A stretch of DNA of 64,000 nt, taken from Eledone cirrhosa. Lineage: Eukaryota. The notes below the pieces were generated by a model that saw nothing but the letters and a program-made list of their open reading frames with translations, ran no database searches and was not told the DNA's origin. The stretch is taken from positions 406,348,001 to 406,412,000 of the forward strand of contig OZ024740.1 in assembly GCA_964016885.1 (NCBI GenBank), written 5' to 3'. This document shows, piece by piece, positions 18,286 to 30,522 of this stretch. The position numbers and the translations under genes were made by a program. Numbering within the stretch: the stretch's first letter is position 1; each line of letters begins with the position of its first letter.

Positions 18286-19271
18286 TGAAAAGGATATTTG
18301 ATTCATAAACCACATTTAATATCACACCACATCAAGATCCCAAAGTCATATACTTTCATTAAAAAGGAAATGTAATATGTCAAGTTTTTCCTAAGCAGGT
18401 CTTTATGACTTTCTGAAATATTAAAGCTGCAGTTGAACAATAATCAAAATATTGATACATCCTGCAACAGAGATTTTGTTATTAAGTGACTATACTATGT
18501 TTATAGTTGTTAGTTTATTTAAACAATAAAAAAACACTGTACTGTAATCAATTTGGTTAATGGATAGTGTATGGAACTATGAGATGTGGGTAGATTGCAA
18601 ACATCTTGTTTAATCAAAAGATTAGATAATTCTAATTAAAGAATTTACTTTCAGGGGGGGGGGGGGGGGGGGGGCTACAAGATTGGCTGACCCAAATGAG
18701 CTGATCAATGCCTTTTGCCAGACCCTTGATGTAGAGCAAACAAACTAGTTCTAAAGAAAATTAGAAAGTTTCCTGAGAAATTAAGGAAATTTGCTTAGTT
18801 CTAGAGAACCTTCCAAACAGAGAGCCATATATAGATATATCAAAATAATATAGTACCTACACAGTGTGAATTTGAGCTCAGATTAAGCTAGTGTAAAGCA
18901 TGTAGTATGTTATAAAGGGACCCTAAATTCAAATCAGATATTTTACAGAATTATAAAAATTTTATGGGACCAACAGTATATTTGAAGAACCAATGTATAA
19001 AGATCAGTACAGGACCAGATGATAAACAAGCCAGTCACTATTATAGAGCCTATTATTTTTATGGATCCATCTGCATATTTGAAGTATTAAAGTATATTAA
19101 TAAGCTGGGAAATAAGGGATAATCAAAATAAATCCAAGGGTTCCACAATTTATTTTATCTAAAACTTGCTATTGACCTGTTAGTTAATGTTCTTGAAACG
19201 TTAGTAAATTGTGTAGCAAGTTTAAATAGGTGATTTCATATTAAACTGTTTAAACCTAAAAAACACAAAGC

Positions 19272-19486
19272 TTAACCCTTAGCATTTAAACCAATTGTAT
19301 CCAGCCAGAATTCTCTCACCTCTTTCTGTTCAAACTGACTGTAATTGGCCACTCAAACTGATGTTAAGGTATTGTTCTCAAAATAGGTAATATCAAAATC
19401 TGATGGATTCAACATTATGTGAGATAAAACCTTTAACGCGAACATACAATAGTAAATATAGATTAATGTAAATAGTAAAGGGTTAA
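19272..19486. mobile_element. piggyBac-like MITE family A
   Basis: TTAACCCTTAGCATTT...AAATAGTAAAGGGTTAA, collinear with 11312-11540. Confidence 0.85.
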
Positions 19487-21308
19487 ATGATCCAACATCA
19501 TGCAAGTTCACTAATTTAAAGCATTGTTACTTAAGCAACTAAATTCATATTTGTTGATATGATACACAAGATCATCATCATATAATGTAAATTTGTTTCT
19601 GGAGCCGAATGTTGAAAATAAGACTATATCAATTCAAACTAGCTATTTGTGCAATAGTTTTCCTTAAAAGTATGGCATAAAGTTAAAGTAAAAACTAGAG
19701 AATATTTTTATCTGTTTAAAAATTCTGATTTGATTTAATGAGGATGGTTAGAATTATCGTGCCAATAACAGTAATAATCTGATCCATTCAACCAATTGCA
19801 TTTAGGAGATAAATAATAATTAAGCTCAATTATGGCACAAGTTTAATACATCGAAATAAAGAAATAAAATGGCAACTCTATTATTAATTAACATTCAACA
19901 AAAGTTAAGTGTACCTATTTACCATTGCCATTTCATTAGATTATTTCATTTAAAGTGCATAGGACCTCAAAAGTATTCCAAGTATTGGATCAACCTTAAA
20001 TAACAAGTTGTTCATAAATGTTGAAGACAGTATAGATTGCACTATAAAAATAGAATGTGTGCAGAATCATCATCATCAACATTCGTTTTCCCTTCCAGCA
20101 AGGGCTGGACAGATCATCACAGACCAAGTCAGTACTTAATTGTAGCCACTAACCTCTCAGATGAACTAGGGTTTGTATCTTGCTTACATACTGAGAATGC
20201 CAGGCATGTTATTATGACACCAGCACTAAGGAGGTCATCATATCTTTGAAACAAGAATCGTCTACTTTTTGTTTGGCAAGATTTCTATGGTTGGATCACT
20301 TTACAGGGTGCACTTTTATTATGTGACCAACAGTAGAAAGGCCGTTATGCCTTTGACATGACTGAAGAGTCCAGTCTATCCTACAAGGGGTAAGATATGG
20401 TGCAGGTAGGAAGGATAATTATAATTATAATTATGCAGCCATATGTAAGTGATAATAGGCAGAGGAGAAGACAACATTATAATGTAGTGGGTTGATAAGT
20501 ATACAGTTATGGGTGTATGACAGGTGTGGTAGTGTTCAAATGGTGACATGGTGAGGGGGAGGAGAAAGGGAAAGGCAGTGAGGGGGAGGATTGAGAATCA
20601 CTGAGGTTTCTCTGCATCTCCGTATACAGTTCTCATCCTCCACATGTATCACATGTTCATAGCATTGAGTCCTCCCACATGCACACATCAGATTCCTCCT
20701 ATACAGAATTCCTCTCTCGGCTCATGGATCAAACAAATACACACAGGTGTTCATAAAAGTTGAAGGCAGTACAGTACTATAGAGATAGAGCATCTAGCGT
20801 AAGGCCAATAGAATATGCTAGAATAGTCCAGGACGGTATGGGTTATGAACAAATAAATATGTGGACTGGCATTCATACATATTCATGTTTACTGTGAAAT
20901 TAGGCCCATGAGAGCTTTTTTGATAATTTATTGGGATATGCTCCCCTCTTTCCCCAAATGCCAAAGTAAACATCTCAATTTCCAGTGGAGTCGTAAGGGC
21001 ATCATACTGACACAAAGTAGATATTGGACATTTTACACCTGGTGGAGCTCATCCCATTTCAGAAAAAAACACAATCGATTTCTTCCTGAGAAAGAGAAAG
21101 TAAGAGAGAGGAAGAATCGATCCCATCACTGCACTGGCACTTTATTTAGCGACATCAACAGGATGAAAGGCAAAGCTCTCAGCAAGATTTGAATTCAAAG
21201 CACAGTGAACTAGAACAATTCAACACCTGAGCGATTCTGTCAAATCTCCACCTTATAGTAGCTAAAGGTTCCTTAATAAAATGTAAAGAAGTGTTTGCTG
21301 AAGAACAA

Positions 21309-21700
21309 ACTTCTTCGTCCCCTTATTCCTGAGAGGGTCATGGTGGCAGAGTCCTCAAACACGCCTTCCAGCAGGTCCTGTCAGAAGCAACAGTCTACAA
21401 CTGATCCGGCTGGATCCCCAAGCGAGACCATTATCCAACTATCTTGCTTGGGATCCAACTATCTTGATTGGGATCTACCCATGGGGCTCCTGCCAGTTGG
21501 ATTTTCTCATAAAATCTGTCCAAAGATTCTTTCCTGACATATTCTAACCACATACTCATAGTAACGGAGCTGTGATATCTTAATTCGGAGAAGTAGTGGC
21601 TCTACATTGAGTGACTCTGAGCTACGCACTCTATCAAGTAACATTACTCCAAAGACCTTTCGGAGGAACCTAATTTTGGCCACTTGTATTCAGTCATTAC
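21309..21700 (-). mobile_element. Rex3/Expander-like RTE LINE 3' fragment
   Basis: Minus strand translates IQVAKIRFLRKVFGVMLLDRVRSSESLNVEPLLLRIKISQLRYY...PTGRSPMGR, typical of the Rex3/Expander C-terminus. Confidence 0.75.
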
Positions 21701-24700
21701 TCAAGATTACTGACCATAGGTTTGGCTTTTACACCTACCCCACTTCTTCTGATTACCGAATGCTGAAGCTGGCACATTACTGCACCTTTGGAGAACAAAC
21801 TATTCGCATAATAGTAAAAAGTTAGTGATCTGTTAATAATAGCTACAACATACAACGAACAATGCATCTGATCTTGCCATAAAAATATTTAGTTTAAAAG
21901 AACAATTTTATATTTTCGAAAGGTTTGTTTGTTTGTTTGTCTGTTTTCAAATGTTTAAATTAAAGAAAAGAGTGCATAAATATGAACAAAGTTTTTCTCC
22001 TTAATTATCAAGAGAAATAATTAGCATAAAAAGTAATTTAAATAAAACGAAGCAAACACAAATTACATCAGTAAACGAAATTCAGGTCATCTCTTATCAT
22101 AAAGCAATTTTATTTGGATGATCTGCTTCAAGTTAATCAGTAGAATATATCTTATTTTTTTAGATGAATATCATCAGTATATGATTTATAGCAAGGCTGT
22201 TTAAATAGATAAAGCAATAAGATATTTCCACTGACTCAATATATTAAAGAATATGTCTGTATGGGGTGTTAGCTGTTGATTTTGTATACGAAGGCAGTTT
22301 ATTGCTCAATTGTGAGATAACGTTGTTGCAAACTAGTAAAGACAAAGGATTTCATTGAAAGATCATGTTTAAGATATTGAGGTTCAATGTGAGACACATA
22401 CACACACAATCTATATGCATACGTGTCTATGTGCGTGGATGAAATAAAGAATGAAGTTGTTGAAAAGTTGAAAGCTAAAAACGAAACGTTGCTAGCTAAA
22501 TACAAACATAGACCCATCTGTAGTTTGTTATGTGAACAACAAAACAAAATTCGTCTCCTGTTCACAACCTACACAAGCTGTGTTCTACAAGTTCAATTTG
22601 TCACGTGCATAAACAGAGCAAAGTCAATACAAAATACGTTAAAACAAAGAACAAAAAGGCAAATAGCAAACGTCTAAGGCCAAATAACATGCATAACGCA
22701 GAGTAGTTAATAAAGCTTAAAATGGGGTGAAGGTAGTGGTGGGTGAAACGAAACAATGCGGTCGTATGTACTCTGAACATGCCTGGTATGCTAGTAGTAA
22801 GTAGACTAATGCTCAAATTTCCACTAGCTGAGGGCTTCATGGGAATTCTTATTTGAAAACAAACATCCCAAAGTAGTGATGATTCTGTATATAAAAGTGG
22901 ATGTTTAACCTTTCTCTTGTGTGTTCTTTATAATGTTTAATTAGTTCGGTAAGAACCACAAAATATGAAACAAATCATAATTTATTAGCACAGTAAAGAA
23001 AACATATTACACAGCTATATGTGCATAATTTTCCTTATCTTACATACTGCAGAAGAAAGAAAAAAAAGGCAAAATATAGAAATTGAATACTGACAGCGCA
23101 TTGCAATTTTTTAACGTCATTTTCTTTATATTAAAAAAAAAAACAGATGCAAAAGAATGGAAATATAATAATTGAATTAAATTGTCTAATAAACTGGATT
23201 AAAGAGGTTATCGAAACATCTTGTCTATTGAAATCATTAAAATGTAAATTTTTTTTCCTCTTAGAAAATATTCCTAGAATGTCACCTTTAAATAAAAACA
23301 GAAATCATGTTGACTTAGCTTGCTTAAATCAACTTCATATAACAACACATTGCTACCTAGCTATAGAACATGCAGCTAAGAAGATTTATAGAAAATTTCA
23401 CAAAACTTATAATTGCTCGATAATTAGTATTTATTTGTGCAACGTTTCAACCGACTGTTTCTCCAGCTGTGATCTCACTTCACTGCATCTGTTTCCCTAT
23501 TAAATTAAAAGCAACAGTCATTACTATTACTGCATACTCTCTTCTACGCTGCACAGGAAGTACACGTACGCATCCAAAAGCACACACGCGCACGCACGCA
23601 TACATGCGCACACACACGCGCGCGCGTGAGAGCGAGTCTACGTAGGCCGACCTGCTAGATATAGAAGCAAAATTTCCTTACAGTAATTTTACTTTTTAAA
23701 AATAAAAGGAAGAGCAAATTATTAGATCAAGATTGACATGGGATTAAACAACATCCACACACATGCAATTGTTAATAAAAAAATAAAAAAAAAACAATTT
23801 AAAGGCTACAGATGGGGAAACAGCTCCTTCTCATTAAAAAAAAAGAAAAGTAGTAAAAATGTTGGTTCTGTCAGATTTCTACTGCAGTCTGACATTTTCA
23901 AATGACCAGAAGATAAGAAAAATTGTTTGAAAACAGATAATGGGTAAGGGTATAGCAGCAATAAAAAAAGTAGCTCAATTTAACTGGAGCTAATAAACTT
24001 TAATGAAGCTCATTAAATTCACTTTAGACAGAATGTCAAGCCTCATGTAACCATTTTATAAAAGAAGGTTAATGAGGTGTCAAACAGAAATAAAAGCCTT
24101 ACTTTTATGCGTGCGTGTGTGCATTGGCAAAATGGCGAAGTGGATAAGGTAAAAGGTGATCGTATGTGTTGTCAATCCAAATCTCCTGTAGGTATTTTCT
24201 TGTATATTTTGGGGCAGAATACTTATCACTACATGCCTCAGTTTACATAACAGTTAGAAATATTTATCATATCTTCTGCTAACATTCTTAGACTTGAAGC
24301 TTGCCTGAAAAAGGCAACGTGAAACCACTTAACTATATCCTTCCCCACACCCTAGAAAATGCAATAAACTAAGACCCAATGTGATTACTTGGTGCTCTGG
24401 TGGAGTGCCGGACAAAATGCATTGATATTCAGCTATGACCCTCTACGTTTTGGGTTCTAATCCTGCCATGGTCGACTGTGTTTTCATCGTTTAGAAAAGT
24501 CAATGTAACCCATCCCCTACCATTTTATTTTTATTATGCAAATTATACAGCCCCCAAACTATTCCTAATTTTGTTTCTATACGCTTGCTTATGTACCGCT
24601 AATATCCTCGTTTTGCGAGTAACTCTCTTCTTTAATTCCTCTATAATTGTTGTATTATTCTTTTATAATCTTTGTCTCATCCACTGATACTGACCACATC

Positions 24701-25289
24701 ATCTCCACTCTTTAAATATGACACTATTAATGACAACACTAACATCTATGTATCTTTACAATTATTCTGTGGAAAAGGAGGTTAATTATATGTCTAAACT
24801 TTGCTAATGCTCCGATGATTCCAAACGAAAGTTTGGAAGAAACGATTGTCAGCAACAAAATATTTTAAACATAGTTTTGATTATTCTGTAATTTATATTC
24901 CGGCTCTGTAAAACATCTGATGTATTTACATTGAGCTATTTTTCTTACTGGTAATAAGGTAGTAATGAATTACTGACCTTTCCTGTTTATAATTATATAT
25001 AGTGTATATATAAGTATAAATAATATTATTATTATATATATATATAAGTGTGAACAAACGGACAACATTTACCCAATCGTCCCTCGTAGTCCCGGGCAGT
25101 TTCGCCGACCGTTGTGCAGCTAAAGTGCATCTAAGCTGTTAGGTAGTCGGCTTGTCAAGAGACTCCTTCAGGGTAGGACTGTTTTCTCCGAAGTGACCGC
25201 TACTAGTTACTATTTTCGAAAGAGGAAATTATCACGTGGTTTTACGGTCAACACGGGAATTCTCAAGTCGTTTTACGGTGTTTATACTT

Positions 25290-25830
25290 ATATATGTATC
25301 TTCTATACATATCGAATAATATACAATAAGTGGTTTATTTTTAGAAAAAAGAAAAGAAAAGGAAAAGGGGAAAAAGACAAAAAAAAACACAAGCAGGTAG
25401 TACACAGGTATTCGACCACACACATCAAAGGGCAAGCGAAAGAGGTGGATAAACAAACCGCTGCCAGAACAGAAGATAACGATATCGCGAGGAGCAATGG
25501 AACCGCTCTAATAATTTTTGAGGCAAGCTAACACATTCACGGCGTTACCTCGGATGATGGCGAGGCTGATGCGCTGGAACAGCCAAGTGCCCTCATGAGC
25601 ATCACCAGTTACCTCGGTTAGGCGAGCCGCCAGTGATGGCAAGAACCTCGCAGTCAGCGGCCCGACTTCCTCCAATGTCTTGAAGGCTACAGGTTGGAAA
25701 AGATAGTTAACCGACAGATCTTGATATTTCAGAATTTTGTCCAGTTCGGCTACGGAAGCAATAGGTCTGACCCTAACCGCAGCATTCAGGATATGGGAAG
25801 AAGCAAAGGTCACTGACTGTGGCAAACATT
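25290..25830 (-). mobile_element. CRE-like non-LTR retrotransposon 3' end (restriction-like endonuclease C-terminus plus 3' UTR)
   Basis: ORF 25508-25825: AELDKILKYQDL..YLFQPVAFKT...TGDAHEGTWLFQRISLAIIRGNA, the FQRISxAxxRGNA signature of CRE-type RLE domains. Confidence 0.85.
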
Positions 25831-25920
25831 TGGAAGCCTTAAGCTATGAATTTTTTAAATGTTTATTCGTCAACATATTGTATATTATTCGATGTACAAA
25901 ACTCATTATATATATATATA

Positions 25921-25959
25921 ATATCATGGTCGCTACATTAGATATAGCGACCATGATAT
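25921..25959. repeat. Perfect 15-bp hairpin
   Basis: ATATCATGGTCGCTA cattagata TAGCGACCATGATAT. Confidence 0.9.
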
Positions 25960-26385
25960 ATACTGTAGGAACTAACGTATGTATGGATGGAAGCAATTTT
26001 AGAGTTACATAACGTACATAAGTAACTATAGCGACTGAGACGTGTATATGTAACTATAGAAACGTGACGTATGTATGCATGGATGGATGGATGGACGCAA
26101 ACTTAGGGAGTGACGTAACGTACTACAGAAACTAACGTAACGTATGTATGGATTCAAAATTACGGAGTGAACTAATGTATATACTACGTGACTATGGTGA
26201 CGCATATCGAGTGAGTGACGTACGTTTATATGTAACTATAAAGAGTTATATGTATATTACACACACACACACACGTACGTAACTCTAGAAAGAGTGACGT
26301 GTTTAAATGTGAGTGTGTGAAAGAGGGGGGGGGTTAGAGTGACGTACGTATGTATATACACGTAACTATATGAACAGTGGTAATA
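25960..26385. repeat. Degenerate CpG-rich minisatellite of GTGACGT / GTAACTATA motifs
   Basis: Recurrent (GA)GTGACGT(A), (C)GTAACTATA and AACTAACGTA words in an otherwise CpG-poor region. Confidence 0.7.
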
Positions 26386-27189
26386 TATATATGAAGATAG
26401 TGGTGTATGTATATAAAAGTATACATTCATTTAACTTTCAACCACATGTCATGAAACTAGAGCTAAACACAGGCTCTCATGGGGCTCATCGGTGCCTAGG
26501 AAGAGACAATTAGATAATTTCTAAATGTGGAATGTAAAGTTTATTACAACTGCTATAGTGTTATTTACATTAGCAAAGAGATTCCTTATAACATAAAAAA
26601 GATTATTATTGTTATGCACCACTACCATCATTTTACCCCCACTACCATCACCAAAATAGTCAAACCTTTTTTTCCAACTAGAACAGCAACAATTGGGTAT
26701 CTCAGAAGCTACTGAAGCCAGGAAGCTCACATTTTTTATCACCTACTACAGAACAAATTAAAAAATGCTTCTTTGTTGTCGTTTTACATTTTCTTTTTTA
26801 GTAAGCTATTTGGATATTACATAGCCCAGCTCTATTCAATATTTGTTATGCGGTTGTGGCTACAAGTTCATAAAAAAAAAACGAATAAGATCATTTTAAA
26901 ACAACCTGGAGATGGATGGGCTCTGCCAGGTTTAAAATACCCAAGACATGCTAGCATTTATTCTGCGGGTGGTCAACTCCGCCTTATGGCAGTGAGTAGG
27001 GAAATGGTACGGCGACCAAGAACGCCGGAAATCTTCATTGCTACATGTTCAATGGTCCAAACAAAATGCTTCCCGTTTTTTTTTAAATTGTTTTTTTTAA
27101 TATATATTTAAGGGCTGATTATAGTTTATCTGTGTCGATCAGATATATCTAGTCTCTCCATCAGATTAACTACAACCTGTCCTTGGCTA

Positions 27190-27640
27190 TGTGAAACAAA
27201 CGGGCAGCAAGTATTTTGTTCGGACAACTGATATATCCCCTGCACAAGAGACGGCGAATTTGAAATAGCACATTCAATTAGGCTAATCGGTCTTTCCTAG
27301 TTACGATAGATATTGCCCACACAGCTAAAATTGTAACATAGTTTGAATCCATTACTGTATAGTTCACTTTTGTCGTTGAACCTGAAGCAGTGGTGACTTC
27401 TGACATTCTTGGTCCCCGTACCACCACCCTATTCAGAACTATCGGGGTGGAACTGGCATGAGTGAGCCCCGCGGGTCGGACTGGCTATTTCAAAGCTTGC
27501 TATTCTTCAGGTTAACGCTTTCTCCATTCTGCCCACTTGGACCACGAATCGGCTTGCGCCAGAGGTTTTGCACGCCAGAGGGGATTCTCCTAAACTGTCG
27601 TATCATTGGAGTAGTGAAGGTATAGCTTGCTGATATCTTA
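27190..27640 (+). mobile_element. Short internally deleted CRE-like element (structured 5' end + RLE C-terminus + 3' UTR)
   Basis: Remnant VEPEAVVTSDILGPRTTTLFRTIG...EPRGSDWLFQ..LAILQVNAFSIL begins ~50 bp after a ribozyme-like 5' segment. Confidence 0.65.
27211..27291 (+). ncRNA. HDV-like ribozyme, decayed
   Basis: P1 GTATTTT/AAGAGAC (6/7), P2 ACTGA/TCGGT, L3 TCCCCTG with CC-GG P1.1, P4 AATTTGAA/TTCAATT, J4/2 GGCTAA. P3 ATA/CAC is damaged. Confidence 0.55.
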
Positions 27641-27859
27641 TGTTTCTATTAACAATAATTTAAAATATGTTAGTTTGAACCTTAAAATAAAATGAAATAT
27701 GTTTACCATGTAACATTTTAGTGATTGATTAATGTAATGGTTGGCAAATTAAGTTGAAATAGAGATAGCATTTGACAAGTTCTGAAGCACAAAACATGTA
27801 GTGGCAATAAAATAATTCACAGATGAGAAGAAAGTTTTAATTGTTTATAAATAACATTA

Positions 27860-28398
27860 AAAAATTGTTCACAATTCTTTCAGAAGGAAAAAATATAACC
27901 ACAAATATAAAGACATAACAGAACAAACCATTGCCAGGAACCTCACAAACACAACTCACCAAAACACACGATCAGAGCGAGAGAAAGAAAAAAACAGGTC
28001 GGAGTGGGTCACCCTGTTGAACCCCTGTCTGTGGTAGGATGAAATAAATGGTTACCGAAGGAGAGCAGACCTGCCAACCTCTAAAAACACAAACCATGGA
28101 AAAAAAGTACCCCAAAACGGGGAGAAATGAGGCAAAATTTGGAAATTTTACATATGAAAGCTATACCCATTTTCACAAGAGAAGGCATCTCTCACCCACC
28201 CCAAAGTGAGTAGGAGACCTCCCCGTCGGACGGGGAGAGTTGACAGGTCCGGGGGCGGTAGGAGGGCTCCCGATAGGCTTGCCAAGCAAAGTGAAGCTGA
28301 GAGGCTCTCTCCTTTACTGAACGGAGGATGACATCCTGACTGATAGAATTGAAAGCATTCCTCAGATCTAATTTGAGGATGAGACCAGACAGTCTCAC
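27860..28398 (-). mobile_element. CRE-like element: RT fragment joined directly to 3' UTR, interrupted by a MITE
   Basis: ILKLDLRNAFNSISQD...FAWQAYREPS (28252-28398), TGVQQGDPLRP (~27998-28030), then sequence homologous to the 3' UTR at 28795-28870. Confidence 0.8.
28066..28251. mobile_element. MITE with hAT-like CAGACCTGCCAAC termini
   Basis: CAGACCTGCCAAC ... GTTGACAGGTCCG (11/13 inverted match), separating two collinear RT segments. No clear TSD. Confidence 0.6.
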
Positions 28399-28414
28399 TC
28401 TGGGTATGAGATAG

Positions 28415-28890
28415 GTATCTCATCTGGGACGTCACAGTCAGTGACTCTTTTGCTCCCTCCCATATCATGGACGCCGCGGTAAACGTCAGGGTCACTGCTT
28501 TCGTTGCCAAACGGAATAAAATCCGAAAAAACCGGGAACTATCAAGCAATTATTTTTCCAGCCTGTGACGTTCGAGACATTTGGCAGAGTTGGGTCGCTG
28601 ACAGCGAAATTTTTGTCATCGTTGGCGACCTTACCGAGGTGTCAAGTGATGCCCTTGAGAGTGCCACGCCATCACCCGCAGTAATGCTACGATTGTATTG
28701 GCTTGCCTCAAAGATTTCCGTTGACTCTACTGATGTGCAACCGACTGTCGTACTTGGTGGTAAATTGATGGTCGTTTTGGTTCTTGTTTTCCCCCTTTCT
28801 TTTTCTTTCTCTCGCTCTGATCGCACACTTTGGTGCGCTACGCTTGTGGGATTCCTAGCAATAGTTTATTGTATTTATTATATCTATTTA
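28415..28890 (+). mobile_element. CRE-like element RLE domain and 3' UTR
   Basis: LIWDVTVSDSFAPSHIMDAAV...KIRKNRELSSNY/FQPVTFETFGRVGSLTAKFLSSL...AITRSNATIVLACLKDFR*, homologous to the 25.5 kb ORF. Confidence 0.85.
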
Positions 28891-29671
28891 TATTTTCATC
28901 CACAGACTGAAAACTTGATAGCTAAGAAGAAAACAAATTCCAAGATATATAGAATAAGTTTAGAAAAGCTAGGGGAGTGTTTGTAAAATATTTGAATAAA
29001 TTAAAGAATTTAAGGGGTAGTGTAATAATAGTTGAATAATGGATTAATGTAGCTTGTTCACGCTAACAGTTAAAGGCAACACTGGTGTGAAAGGGGCCGG
29101 CTTTGACATCACAGGTAGTGCTAACAGAGATGTTTTGATTAAATAGGGAAAGAAAAGAGGATTCGGTAACGTTTGTAAAGATGCACGTTGCAAAGGGATC
29201 CGAATACACACAGCTGCAGTTGAGAAAAGAGGGGAGGTTTATGGTTGCTTGCTAAATAACAGAGTCTATATGCCATTCTAATAATCTTCCAGCAGCAATT
29301 TCAAACGTTGACAAACTACACACACACACACACCTGAGCCAGTTTATTACAGTCAATTACATCTACATCATATAACATATCATTATAACAAGGACATCAC
29401 ATTTCTTTTGCCTGTTTCTTTATACTGGTTTATTTGTATATTTATTTCTATATTCACACTCCTATTTTGTATTGCTAAATAACTAAATACACCTTTCAAA
29501 CAAAAACAATTTACTAAATAAGTGAACTAAAATGTATGTATGTATGTATGTTTGTTTATATATATATATACATTTCCTCTTAACTTTTATTCTAGTATAT
29601 TATATATATATATATATATATATACTGAAGCAAAAGTTAAGAGGAAATATCCAAGAGTAAGCGCACTCAGT

Positions 29672-29705
<34 letters not shown>

Positions 29706-29756
29706 AAACATACATATATACACACATATATATATATATACATACCTACATATATA

Positions 29757-30050
29757 CATCATCACTATTAAACGTCCATTTTGCCATGCTAACGTCGGTT
29801 AGGCAAGTTGTTCCGTTGAGAGACAAGCCAGATTACATGACTGTATCTTGCTCATATAGAACTGTTTCTGGCTTGGTTTCCACAGCTCTTCCTAAAGCCA
29901 ACCACATTTACAGTGTTGACTGGGCGCTCCATGTCTTGTCACCATCTCGACTACCTTACTCTGTGGACTGGGCGCTCCCTATTATGAGACCACCACGACC
30001 ATCTTAATGTGTGAACTGGACACTCCGTTATGGCACCATCACGACTAACA
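29757..30050 (-). mobile_element. RTE-tailed SINE with three ~40-bp tandem units
   Basis: Tail complement AAACGTCCATTTTGCCATGC. ACTGG(G/A)C(G/A)CTCC...CACCA repeated three times. Confidence 0.65.
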
Positions 30051-30064
30051 TACGTATACATACT

Positions 30065-30522
30065 CTCAGGTGTTGAATAATCGTCCGTCCACCCTGCCCC
30101 GTTTATTAATTTTAAAGATGTTTTCTAGTTGGTTGCTTATTCTATCTGTGTGTGTCTGGTTTGTTTTATTAGTTTGGTTCTTATGTGGCTCTGTATGTCA
30201 TTATCTTGTCCTTAATTACTAGTTATGATGTTGCTATTCCACTCAAGTTTTCTGTTTAGTTTTGGTTGGAGTTCGTTTATGTTTGTCGCTTCTGTAATCT
30301 GTCAGAACATTGCGTCTTTTCCATATGTGGATATGATCTTTATTTCTATGTTCTCTAGTGTGCCTCCATGTTCCATTTTGGTATATTGGTGAGGTACTGA
30401 TGAGTTCTCTCCATCTTGGAGTTCTCGCCAGTGTTCATTTATCCTTTCTCCTATGCTATGGACTGTCTCACCTATATAAGTTTTTCAAAAGGATATGTTC
30501 TACATAGAACATATCCTTTTGA
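30065..30522 (-). mobile_element. Penelope-like element 3' fragment with GIY-YIG endonuclease remnant
   Basis: Frame 30481->30212: TYIGETVHSIGERINEHWRE...MF*QITEATNINELQPKLNRKLEW (YIGET, RxxEH, E..I...P.LNR motifs). An 18-bp fold-back lies at its 5' truncation point (30485-30522). Confidence 0.88.

Noticed and set aside
18654-18674. Poly-G runs (also 34192, 39979, 46273) as functional G-quadruplexes
   Set aside because: Simple homopolymers, mostly inside repeats, with no supporting context.
22299-23503. Short ORFs in unique sequence
   Set aside because: No recognisable domain or splice context, and lengths are expected by chance.
25060-25126. Second HDV-like fold (GGACAAC/GTAGTCC, GCTAA)
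   Set aside because: P2-P3 spacing and L3 do not fit cleanly, and an alternative long hairpin competes.
30397-30430. Other CTGATGA hits (12367, 14433, 14858, 18226, 30397, 42594, 63666) as hammerheads
   Set aside because: No correctly placed stem II-GAAA-stem III-UH with complementary stem I. The 12367 hit is the YADD codons.
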